From an uncultured delta proteobacterium (GTDB lineage Bacteria > Desulfobacterota > Binatia > Binatales > Binataceae), in NCBI GenBank assembly GCA_963711565.1, contig CAVQEQ010000001.1, positions 928,001 to 992,000 on the forward strand: a stretch of 64,000 nucleotides of DNA. The letters run 5' to 3'. Position numbers and translations under genes: made by a program. The notes beneath the pieces are model-generated. The model was not told the origin of the DNA. It saw nothing but the letters and a program-made list of their open reading frames with translations, and did no database searches. Positions 9,239-18,700 of the stretch are shown piece after piece. Each line of letters starts with the position of its first letter. The stretch's first letter is position 1.

Positions 9239-9535
9239 ATGAAGAAGACCAGGGTAGCAGGAGCGATGCTCGCGACCGCGGTCGCATTGGCTTTCACCGC
9301 CGGCGTGGTACGTGCCGAAGACACGTCGAACGGGGCCACCCAGGCGGCGCAAATCAAGTGCCTCGGTGCGAACGCGTGCAAAGGGCAGAGCGCGTGCAAG
9401 ACCGCTACTTCCAGCAACGATTGCAGGGGCAAAAATTCGTGCAAGGGTAAAGGCTACATCATCACCGCCGACGCCAAATCGTGCGAAGGCAAGGGCGGTC
9501 ACATAGGCAAGAAAGCCCCGATGCCGGGGATGTAG
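9239..9535 (+). CDS. Secreted 6-Cys protein resembling BufA2 bufferin-type precursors
   Basis: Signal peptide ending VRA, then KCLGANACKGQSACKT..NDCRGKNSCKGKG..CEGKGG. Confidence 0.8.
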   Translation: MKKTRVAGAMLATAVALAFTAGVVRAEDTSNGATQAAQIKCLGANACKGQSACKTATSSNDCRGKNSCKGKGYIITADAKSCEGKGGHIGKKAPMPGM

Positions 9536-9633
9536 CTGGTCACTGTTTATTCCTAATTTTCCGGGGTACCGGGGTTCGCCGTCATCATCCACGCGTTGCC
9601 TTCATAAGGTTCGCGCGATTGGAGGAATCGCTC

Positions 9634-9939
9634 ACGAAGTTTCTGCGCACAGGCATCTATCCAATCGCTGCGCTCCTTCTGCTCTTGTCGCTTGCCGCCC
9701 CCGCTGCTGCCGACATGGACGGTGTGATGATGCACGGCGGAAAAATGATGATGATGAAAGCGGGCCGGCCAGCGACTGCGATGGATCATGAAGTCACAAT
9801 GTCGGACGGCACCGTTGTCGAAGTCGATGGCACCGTCAAACGGAAAGACGGCAAGGAATTTCATCTGCAAAACGGTGAAATGATCATGATGGACGGGCAT
9901 CTAATGAAAGGCGGCAAAGCCACCCCGATGAGTCAGTAG
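9634..9939 (+). CDS. Secreted Met-rich protein (DUF6799-like)
   Basis: Signal peptide ending AAA; mature part has 14 Met in 75 aa. Start is ACG 9634 after GGAGG, or TTG 9619. Confidence 0.75.
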   Translation, partial: TKFLRTGIYPIAALLLLLSLAAPAAADMDGVMMHGGKMMMMKAGRPATAMDHEVTMSDGTVVEVDGTVKRKDGKEFHLQNGEMIMMDGHLMKGGKATPMSQ

Positions 9940-9975
9940 GAACTTTGTCGTTCGCCGAACGGTTGTAGATTCACG

Positions 9976-10728
9976 ATGGACGCGCGTCCGCCAAAAGATC
10001 GAAAATCCACGAGAGTCACCACGCCGCTTCGAGTCTCGCCGCCGTGGAGTGAGACTACCGACTCATCGCACGCGGAAAACCGCCGCAGGCAACGACGTGC
10101 CCAGCCGGCCGCGATTCGGCTGGCGCATTGGATCAACATTCCACTGCTCGTCATCATGGCAGGCAGCGGCCTGCAGATTCTCGCCGCGTATCCGGCGCTC
10201 GGTCCGCGCGGCGCGCAATATTGGTGGTATCCGTTTCAGAACGACGCGCCACCGTCATGGCTTCGCTTCGGCGGATGGCTCGCGGGCGCGCGTCACTGGC
10301 ATTTCGCGATCGCCTGGTTCCTCATCCTCAACGGCGTGATCTATCTCATCTATATGATCGCGAGCGGTGAATGGCGCCGCCGTGTTTTCATTCCGACGCG
10401 CGACACTTCGAACGCGGTCGCGATGTTCGCCTACTACTTGCGCGTCCGCAAAACTCCGCCGCCCGAGGACTTCTACAACGGCCTGCAACGGATGGCGTAC
10501 ACGTCCGCGATTATGTTCGCCGTCGTGGTGGTTATGTCGGGCCTCGCGATCTACAAACCGGTCCAGTTGTATTGGATCACCGCGGCATTCGGCGGATACG
10601 ACGTCGCGCGCGTGGTGCATCTGAGCTGCCTGGTTTTGCTCGCGATGTTTACGGCGATGCACCTGGTGCTCGTCGCGCTGCATCCGAGGACGATCGTCAC
10701 GATGGTGACCGGGGGGCAGCGTGGCTAG
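9976..10728 (+). CDS. Cytochrome b membrane subunit (Ni-hydrogenase/thiosulfate reductase cyt b type)
   Basis: RLAHWIN, ARHWHF, YNGLQR, ARVVH...MH heme-ligand His in TM helices. Start uncertain. Confidence 0.88.
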   Translation: MDARPPKDRKSTRVTTPLRVSPPWSETTDSSHAENRRRQRRAQPAAIRLAHWINIPLLVIMAGSGLQILAAYPALGPRGAQYWWYPFQNDAPPSWLRFGGWLAGARHWHFAIAWFLILNGVIYLIYMIASGEWRRRVFIPTRDTSNAVAMFAYYLRVRKTPPPEDFYNGLQRMAYTSAIMFAVVVVMSGLAIYKPVQLYWITAAFGGYDVARVVHLSCLVLLAMFTAMHLVLVALHPRTIVTMVTGGQRG

Positions 10729-11413
10729 GTTAATCACGCGGCGAAAACTGCTGCTCGGTCTCGCCGCGAGCACTGCGCTAGCTGGATGCGACAGCCGCGC
10801 CGCGTCGATGTTCCTGTCCGGGATGGGACGCTGGAACGAGCGCGTCGATCGGTTGTTGTTCTCGGAGAATCGGCTCGCGCCCGAACCGCCAGCGTCCGAG
10901 CTCACGCCCGAGGCTGCGTTCCCGAGCTACTTCATTTCCGACTCGATGCCGTTCGCGCCGGATAATTGGGCGCTCAAGGTTGGCGGCGTAGTCGCGCGGC
11001 CCGCGGTCTTCACGCTCGAGCAGCTCAAGCGGATGCCGCAAACGGGAATGCGCATTCGCCATCACTGCGTCGAGGGTTGGTCTGCGGTGGCCGAATGGAA
11101 TGGCGTGCAACTCCGCGAGATTGCGCGGATGGTCGGTGCGAGCCGCGACGCGCAGTACGTCGAGTTCAAATCATTCGACAACGGCTACTATTCGACGTGG
11201 GACATCGAGAGCTCGATGCATCCGCAGACGATTCTCGCCTACGGCATGAACGGCCGCCCGCTATATCCCGATCACGGCGCGCCGCTCCGCCTCTACTCGC
11301 CGGTGAAACTCGGCTACAAAATGGTAAAGTACCTGACCGAAGTGAATTTCCTCCCGACGCGCACCGGCGGCTACTGGGAAGATCAGGGCTACGACTGGTA
11401 CGGCGGCGTCTAG
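10721..11413 (+). CDS. Molybdopterin oxidoreductase, sulfite-oxidase/MsrP(YedY)-like, Tat lipoprotein
   Basis: TRRKLL..LAGC signal, HHCVEGWS (Mo-ligand Cys), HGAPLRL..KLGYKMVKY, GGYWED. Confidence 0.9.
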   Translation: MARLITRRKLLLGLAASTALAGCDSRAASMFLSGMGRWNERVDRLLFSENRLAPEPPASELTPEAAFPSYFISDSMPFAPDNWALKVGGVVARPAVFTLEQLKRMPQTGMRIRHHCVEGWSAVAEWNGVQLREIARMVGASRDAQYVEFKSFDNGYYSTWDIESSMHPQTILAYGMNGRPLYPDHGAPLRLYSPVKLGYKMVKYLTEVNFLPTRTGGYWEDQGYDWYGGV

Positions 11414-11463
11414 TCGAAAGCGATCGAGTTGTTCGTCGGGTTGAAACATCTGGAGAGAATGCG

Positions 11464-12231
11464 ATGCTCCGATACCGTAGCTTTGAAGAAATAGTCGATC
11501 ATCCGGGTTTGCGCATCGTGTTAGTCAAAGGCGTGCCCAGCCCCTGGGGCCAGGCCGCCAAGGCTATCTTTGAAATCAAGGGTCTCGATTACGTCGCCGC
11601 TCCATGGCTTGGGGGCGAACCCAACGAAAACATCGTGGCTTGGAGTGGTGCGACGAGCGCGCCCATCGTCGCTTGGGCCAAGGAGCGACCCGTCAATCGC
11701 TGGATCGACATCCTCTATCTGGCCGAACGACTCGCGCCCAAGCCTGCGCTGATTCCGACGGACGCTATGCAGCGAGCGCTGATGATCGGTCTGTCGCACG
11801 AAATTTGTGGCGAAATGGGTATCGGCTGGAACCGGCGTTTACAGCTCTTTGCGCCGGCTTTCGCGTCCGGCACTCCGTCAGCTGGAGTTAGCCGGATGGG
11901 CAGCAAATATGGATACAACGAAGTCGACCTCAAAGCTGCCGGAGAACGCACGGCCGCCTCGCTCAACGCGCTCGCAAACCAGCTCAAATCGCAGTACGCG
12001 CGGGGGGTGAAGTATTTTGTCGGAGACGCCTTGAGCGCGCTCGACGTTTACTGGACGGCCTTCGCCAATCTGCTCGACCCCTTGCCCCAGGAGCAGAACC
12101 CGATGTCTGAGGGCCTGCGGCGCGGCTTCACGGCGACTGACCCGGCCATCAAGGCGGTCCTGGACCCGCTGCTACTGGAACATCGCTCCCGTATCTTTCG
12201 CGAGCACTTCCGCGATCCGATGGAGCTGTAA
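11464..12231 (+). CDS. Glutathione S-transferase-like protein
   Basis: PSPWGQAAK, ILYLAERLAP, YFVGDALSALDVYW; GGAG RBS. Confidence 0.75.
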   Translation: MLRYRSFEEIVDHPGLRIVLVKGVPSPWGQAAKAIFEIKGLDYVAAPWLGGEPNENIVAWSGATSAPIVAWAKERPVNRWIDILYLAERLAPKPALIPTDAMQRALMIGLSHEICGEMGIGWNRRLQLFAPAFASGTPSAGVSRMGSKYGYNEVDLKAAGERTAASLNALANQLKSQYARGVKYFVGDALSALDVYWTAFANLLDPLPQEQNPMSEGLRRGFTATDPAIKAVLDPLLLEHRSRIFREHFRDPMEL

Positions 12232-12244
12232 GCGCAGGCAGCGT

Positions 12245-13471
12245 TTAGTCGATCGCGAGGCTTGCGAACGACACCGCCGACTCGCTCTGCGGTTCCATCG
12301 CGATTCCATATTTGAGCAACCGCGCGCTGCGGCCACGGAGCAACTCGAGTTGCGTGTACATCGGCGACAGACCGCAAATTCGGCGCGCGTCGCGATCCTT
12401 AAGGATGTCGGCGAAGAAACCGTCCGGGTCGCCGCGCCTGATGCTTTCTATCAGGCGAAGATCCTCGCGCTGGACGCGCTCGGCCACGGCGCGATCGGCG
12501 GCGAACTCGTCGCCGAATTTCTTACCGACGTGCGCGAAATCCACGCCCGAAAGAATCAACACGCGACGATTCTCCGCGTCCAGCTCGGCTTTCAGCGCCG
12601 CGATGAACGATCCGACGCGCGAATCGCGCGCGGGCGTGACTCCGCTCGCCACCATTTCATGGAACGAACTGACGAGGATCGGCACGACCTGGTAGCCGCG
12701 CACTCCGAATGCGTACGCGAGGAACAGTGCCTGGAATTCGATCGAGTGCTCATTGCGATGCAGCATCTCGTCGGCGAACAGATCCCCTGCGTAACGCGCC
12801 GCGAGCCGATCGATAAACGCACCGTCGGTCTCGACCGCGCCGAACGGCGTCGCGTAGTTCTTGCGCGTCGCACTGAACAGCTCAGGCCCGGCGCCGTAGT
12901 GCGAGGTTCCCAGGATCACGACCAGCTCGGGCGGTTCGTGCGCCATCAGCTCGTGATACGCGTGCGCGTACGCGGAGGCGCCTCGTCGCGGATCTATATG
13001 AGGCGCGATCAAGCCTGCGAGCGACGCTGACTTCTTTTTCGAGACGGCGCGGCCAGGTCCTTCGGGCGGATCGAAGAACGCCGCAAGCTCGAGCCGCAAC
13101 TTCGCCGGATCCTTCTCATAGCAGAGTCCGGCCAGCGCCGCCGGACGATCAGGACTCGCGAGAAATTCTTCGCGCACGCGCCGCTCACGCTCATGAAATG
13201 CAGGCGAATCGAGAAAGTACGCGCGATCCAGCGCCGCGATCAGCTCGTCGAGCTTTTCGAGCGGAATCATCTCGCCGAAGCGCTTCGCAAACGCTGCCTG
13301 GATGTCCTTCAGCGCCATCAGGCCGTCGAACAACGTCACGATGAAGTACGCGCCCATCCCGAGCATGATCGGCTCGGGCGCAAGCCCGCTCGGATCGCGC
13401 AAACAGATCAGCGTCTGATCCTGCTGCTCGACGGGGAAAGCCTCGACGGCGCGAATCTTTGGATTTTCCAT
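12245..13471 (-). CDS. AmmeMemoRadiSam protein B (Memo family) with N-terminal extension
   Basis: RPAALAGLCY, IAPHID, LGTSH, EHSIEFQ, DFAHVG, ICG. Confidence 0.9.
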   Translation of the reverse strand: MENPKIRAVEAFPVEQQDQTLICLRDPSGLAPEPIMLGMGAYFIVTLFDGLMALKDIQAAFAKRFGEMIPLEKLDELIAALDRAYFLDSPAFHERERRVREEFLASPDRPAALAGLCYEKDPAKLRLELAAFFDPPEGPGRAVSKKKSASLAGLIAPHIDPRRGASAYAHAYHELMAHEPPELVVILGTSHYGAGPELFSATRKNYATPFGAVETDGAFIDRLAARYAGDLFADEMLHRNEHSIEFQALFLAYAFGVRGYQVVPILVSSFHEMVASGVTPARDSRVGSFIAALKAELDAENRRVLILSGVDFAHVGKKFGDEFAADRAVAERVQREDLRLIESIRRGDPDGFFADILKDRDARRICGLSPMYTQLELLRGRSARLLKYGIAMEPQSESAVSFASLAID

Positions 13472-13590
13472 CGCGAATTATGAATCTTGGAGTTAGTTCG
13501 TGGGCCGCGTTTACAGATGCTACGAGCTTTGACAAACTGCGGCAAGCTGATAGAAATTCTCCGCGCAAAAATCCAAAATCGCCTCGAATC

Positions 13591-14025
13591 ATGTCCGACG
13601 ACCAACATCGACGCCGCGCCGCTCTGACTGGCTCTCATGCGCGACGCAAGCACGCGCGTGCGCGTGCCCGCTACAAAGTTGCGCGTACTGATTCGCTCGC
13701 GCCCGGTGAATCGCTGAAGTTCATGCTGCCGATTCGCGGCACCGACGAGGAATGTTTTCTGATCAATTTCGGCGGTGAGTTTCACGCCTACGTCAATCGA
13801 TGCCGCCATGTGCCGATGGCGATGGACTGGGTCGACAACCAGTTTTTCGCGGAGGACGGCCGCTACCTGATGTGCCAGACGCACAACGCCTACTACGAGC
13901 CGGCGAGCGGCGAATGTATCGCCGGGCCGCCGACCGCATGCGGCAAATATCTTTATCGAGTGATGACCGAAATTGACGAAGGAGTCATCTACGCGCGTCC
14001 GCCGCAGGAAGAATTCGAAGACTGA
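13591..14025 (+). CDS. Rieske [2Fe-2S] ferredoxin
   Basis: NRCRH...CQTH, GECIAGP. Start approximate. Confidence 0.88.
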   Translation: MSDDQHRRRAALTGSHARRKHARARARYKVARTDSLAPGESLKFMLPIRGTDEECFLINFGGEFHAYVNRCRHVPMAMDWVDNQFFAEDGRYLMCQTHNAYYEPASGECIAGPPTACGKYLYRVMTEIDEGVIYARPPQEEFED

Positions 14026-14044
14026 GAGAGAGGACGACTACGGC

Positions 14045-14296
14045 TTATTCGTACTCGTCGCCGAAGTGGGCGCGCACGATTCGCGCCTTCAGGTACTCGA
14101 GCGTGCCGAGATCCTCGACGATGTCGCCGCCGGTGTCGTAGAAGAACAGCTCGCCGTTCTTCGTGCGCCCGACCGCGATGATCCATTCAAGATCGTCCCG
14201 GTCCTCAAGCAAATAGTTGATTGTCTGCGCCACCCCGCGGCCCGGGATAATCGTAATCTTCGGCCTTGGGAGTTTTTCCTTTTCCTGCTTGGGCAT
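14045..14296 (-). CDS. Hypothetical protein
   Basis: ATG 14296 with a purine-rich RBS; protein-like 83 aa directly downstream of the rlmD-like gene. Confidence 0.65.
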   Translation of the reverse strand: MPKQEKEKLPRPKITIIPGRGVAQTINYLLEDRDDLEWIIAVGRTKNGELFFYDTGGDIVEDLGTLEYLKARIVRAHFGDEYE

Positions 14297-14370
14297 CTCT
14301 TTGATCAACCCTCTGACGGCGGGAGGATGCGCGAATCGACCACTCAATTACTCTAAGAATGCCCCGCGAT

Positions 14371-15621
14371 CTAAGTCAATAGCGCGTGCACCGCGATCTC
14401 AACATGATGCGTGTTGGGGAAGAAATCGAACCCGCGAACCCGATTGACTTTGTATCCAGCGCCTGAAAGCACCCGCATATCGCGCGCCAGCGTCGTCACG
14501 TCGCATGACACGTAGATGACGGCGGGTGCCCGCAACTTGACGATCGGCTCCATCAGATCGGGCGCGCCGGTGCGCGGCGGATCGAGAATGATGATCTCAG
14601 GACGATAGCGCGCGCGATGCAGAAAGTCCGCCGTCGCCGACGCTTTCATCGCGACGAATTGCGCATCGCGAAAGTTCAAGCGCGCCGCATTGTGCGATGC
14701 CGCCGCGATTGCGCCCGCGTCCGCATCGACGCCCGTCACTCGCGCACCTCGCCGTGACGCGGGGAGGCTGAAGTTTCCCGCGCCGCAGAACAAATCGAGC
14801 ACCGGCGACGACTCGTGAATCGCCGCCATCTCCATCACGCTCGCGACCAGCTTCCGGTTCTGCGCACGATTCACCTGGCTGAAAAGATCGGCGTCAACAT
14901 CGATCGAGAGTCCAGGTTCGAGCTCGATCGTGATCGACGGCTCGCCGACGGTCGCGCGATGCGTCCCCGATCGCAACACGATTCCCGCAATCTCGTTGTC
15001 CGACTCGAGCACATTGCGCGCGCCCCGGAGATCCTCATCTGTCGCCGGCTTCTTCAGATGCGCGACCTGCACTTCGCGAGCGCTGTCGCGCACCACCTCG
15101 ATCTCCTCGACGCGCTTGCCGAGCGATCGCGCCAGGTGTATCGGCATTCGGATACCCGCCTCGGCAACCATGCATGAATCGATCTCGACGATCGAGTTGC
15201 TGCCGGCCTCGTAAAATCCAAGCACGCCCTTGGCGCCGACCCTGAGCCGGATTCTCGACCGATAGCCGAACTCCTCAGGCGCCGGCTCGACCAATCCGAC
15301 TGGATCGATCTCGATTCCCAACGCGTGACCCAGCTCGCGCGCGACAACCTCGCCCTTGAACCGCACCTGCGCGCCGTAGTCGATATGCTGCCAGTCGCAT
15401 CCACCGCATCGCGGGAGGTATGGACACGGTGCTGCACGACGGTCGGTGCTCCGGCTGATGACATCGCGAATCTTCGCGACCGCGTAATCGCGCCGCTCCG
15501 AAACTATCTCGACGTCGAGCCTGTCGCCCGCCACCGCGCCTGCAACCATCACCGCCTTGCCGTCCTGACGGCCGACGCCGAACGGCCCGAACGTCATCGC
15601 GCTGATTTCAATCTCCGGCAT
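14371..15621 (-). CDS. rlmD: 23S rRNA (uracil-5)-methyltransferase, RlmD/TrmA family
   Basis: TRAM domain, CPYxxxCGGC Fe-S motif, FSQVN, LDLFCGAGNF, LDPPRTG, YVSC, DFFPNTHHVE. Confidence 0.9.
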   Translation of the reverse strand: MPEIEISAMTFGPFGVGRQDGKAVMVAGAVAGDRLDVEIVSERRDYAVAKIRDVISRSTDRRAAPCPYLPRCGGCDWQHIDYGAQVRFKGEVVARELGHALGIEIDPVGLVEPAPEEFGYRSRIRLRVGAKGVLGFYEAGSNSIVEIDSCMVAEAGIRMPIHLARSLGKRVEEIEVVRDSAREVQVAHLKKPATDEDLRGARNVLESDNEIAGIVLRSGTHRATVGEPSITIELEPGLSIDVDADLFSQVNRAQNRKLVASVMEMAAIHESSPVLDLFCGAGNFSLPASRRGARVTGVDADAGAIAAASHNAARLNFRDAQFVAMKASATADFLHRARYRPEIIILDPPRTGAPDLMEPIVKLRAPAVIYVSCDVTTLARDMRVLSGAGYKVNRVRGFDFFPNTHHVEIAVHALLT

Positions 15622-15720
15622 CGCGCCCAAACTTTATCCCCACTACGCAATTTGCGCGACGCGCCTTATAATGGTGCCCGCGCTCTCGCGCTTCTGCTTC
15701 TGCACTCACCGGGTGACGCC

Positions 15721-18700
15721 TTGGCAATCGAGACTGAACTTCGCGATCTAATCGACAGGAATCTCCCCGCTGACTCCGCGCCTCGCGTCGCCGCTTTCGC
15801 CGCGCGGCTGTTCGCGCACGAGTCCGCCGACAATCAGGATCGCGTCCCGGCCAAGCGCCGCCTTGCGCTCGTTCAGTCGGCGTTTGAATTCTTTTCGGTC
15901 CGCACCGAGCCCGTGATCGCGCGAGTCGAAGCGGTTCCGGGCGACGACACTCTCGCCGTCGTCGAGACCGTCACCACCGATTGCCCGTTTATCGTCAACA
16001 GCCTGCTCGAATATTTTCATCACCTCGGCGCGAACGTGCGTACGATTCTCCATCCGATCTTCAAAGTCACTCGCGACAAGGATGGGCGCATCGTATCGTT
16101 CGAGCAGTCCTCATCCGCCGAGCGCGGCGAATCGTTCGCCCACGCGGAACTCAAGCTCGCGCCGACGCCTGAGCAGGCGCGGCAAATCGAGCGCAACGTC
16201 ATCTCGATTTTAACCGAGGTCCATGAGGCGACCGATGATTTCGATGAAATGACCGGCCGCGCACTGCAGATCTGCGAGGAAACCGCTGCCATGCGCGAGC
16301 TGGTCGAAGTCCGCGACCTGATGCGCTGGCTGGTCAACGGCGGTTTCGTATTCCTCGGCTTTCGCCGCTATCTCGTGACCCGCGACGACGGCGCCGCCAA
16401 ATTCGTGCTCGATCCCGGAACGGAACTCGGCATCATGCGCGAGCATGACGAGTCACGATTTCGCACTTCGGTCCCGCTCGAAGAACTTTCACCCGCGCGC
16501 CGCAAGCTCTTCTTCGAAGGACCGCCGCTGGTCGTCGGCAAGTCGCGCGCCGAGTCGCACGTGCATCGGCGCCGCCCGATGGACAGCGTGTCGATTCGCC
16601 GCGCCGACGCATTCGGCCGCGTCGTTGCGTTCGACAATTTCGTCGGCCTGTTCACGTCCAAAGCTTACGCCGAGGAAGCGCAACACATTCCGGTCCTGCG
16701 CGCGAAGTTGCGCGAGGTGCTCGAGTCCGAAGGCGCCGTGCCGGGCTCGCACGACTACAAGGAAATCGTTTCCGCCTTCAACAGCTTCCCCAAGGACGAG
16801 CTTTTTCGCGCGCCCGTCGCCGAACTGCGCGCGCAGTTGCGCCTCATCCTCAACGTCAAGAGCGAGGCTGCGGTGCGGCTGTTCGTCGCGCCCGATCTGC
16901 GTCACGGTAACGTGATTGCGCTGGTCGTGATGCCGCGCGAGTCCGGTTCCGCCGATCTCAGCCGGCGCATCCAGGACACTCTCGCCGCCGCGCTCAACGG
17001 CACGCTCGTCTATTTCCATTTGGCGCTCGGCGAGGGATACACGGCGCGCCTCCATTTCTGCTTTTTGGCCGATCCGCCAAAGACCTCGGTCATCCGCGGC
17101 CTTGAAACCGCGATCGCCGACCTCGCCCGGCGATGGGACGATCGTTTGCAGGAGCGGTTGCTCGAAAAATTCGGGCCAAAGCGCGGACATGCGCTCGCGG
17201 AGCGATGGGCCGCTGCGTTCAGCGCCGACTACCAGGCTGCGATTGACGTGGCGCGCGCGCTCGGCGACATCGAAGACATCGAAGCACTGCTCGCCGGCGG
17301 CCGCGATTTCGTCGTCGAAACCGAACCTCATAAAAATGGCGACGATCGCAGCGACATCCGCATCATCGGATTCGGTGACGCGCCGATGCTCTCCGAGTTG
17401 ATGCCCACGTTGCAGAACTTCGCTATCGAGGTGCTCGCCGAGGACGTGCACGAGCTTCACCCTCGCGCTGACGGCAAAGTGACGCGCGCGTACCTGCAAG
17501 TTTTTTCCGTGCACGGACCGAACTCGCAGCCGTTCGCAAAATCTCCCGGCGCTCCGCTGATTGCCGACGCCATCGCCGCCGTGCGCAACGGTCTCGCCGC
17601 CGACGATGCGCTCAACGCGCTCACTCTCACCGCCGGCCTCGCCTGGCGCGAGGTCGCTCTGATGCGCGCATATCTCGTCGCCGCGTTTCAGATGCGCCTG
17701 GCGCCTGCGCGTCTCGGGTTGCAGCGCGTTCTGTTGCTGTATCCCGATATTACAAGGTCGCTGTTCGAATTGTTCACCGCGCGCCTCTCGTTCGACAGTC
17801 CTGCCACGCCGGAAAAAATCGCGGAGTTGCGCGAAGCGTACGTCGCTCGCCTCGGCTCGATCGACAATATTGTTGACGATCGAATTGCGCGCGCGTTGCT
17901 CTCGCTGGTCGAGGCGACTGTGCGGACTAATTTTTTCCGCGAGACGCCTTCACCCGACCCCTACATCGCGCTCAAGTTCGAAAGCGCTCGCATCACTAGC
18001 CTTCCCGACACCGCGCCGCTCTACGAAATTCACGTCAACAGTCCGCGCATGGAAGGATGCCATCTGCGCCACGGACGTCTCGCGCGCGGCGGCATCCGCT
18101 TCAGCGACCGAGTCGACGACTACCGCACCGAGATTCTCGACCTGATGAAGACGCAGACCGTGAAGAACGCGATCATCGTCCCGTTCGGCGCCAAGGGCGG
18201 CTTCATCGTCAAGCCGCGCCCGCGTCATCAGGCGGATCCTCGCGATGGTGTCGAAGCCTACCGGACGCTGATGAACGCGATGCTCGATCTCACCGACAAT
18301 CTGACCGACGACGGCCCCGTGCATCCCGCCCGCGTCCGCGTGCTCGACAACGACGGCCCATATCTCGTCGTCGCCGCCGATAAGGGCACCGCAACTTTCT
18401 CGGACATCGCCAACGGCATCGCAATCGAGCGCGGCTTCTGGCTCGGCGACGCGTTCGCATCTGGCGGCGAGCACGGCTACGACCACAAGCAGCTTGGGAT
18501 CACGGCGCGCGGCGCCTGGGAGTCCGCGCGCCGCCATCTGCGCGAGATGGGCCGCGACCCCGACCGCGGCGCGCCGATCACGATGCTTGGCATCGGCGAC
18601 ATGTCGGGCGACGTGTTCGGCAACGGCCTCCTGCGCTCGCGTAACGTGAAGCTCGTCGCCGCCTTCGACCATCGCCACATCTTCATCGATCCAGATCCCG

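Noticed and set aside
15325-15720. N-terminal extension of GDH in the ORF track (similarly 10966..11463 and 47863..48126)
   Set aside because: These overlap bona fide neighbouring genes; downstream starts fit the family boundaries.
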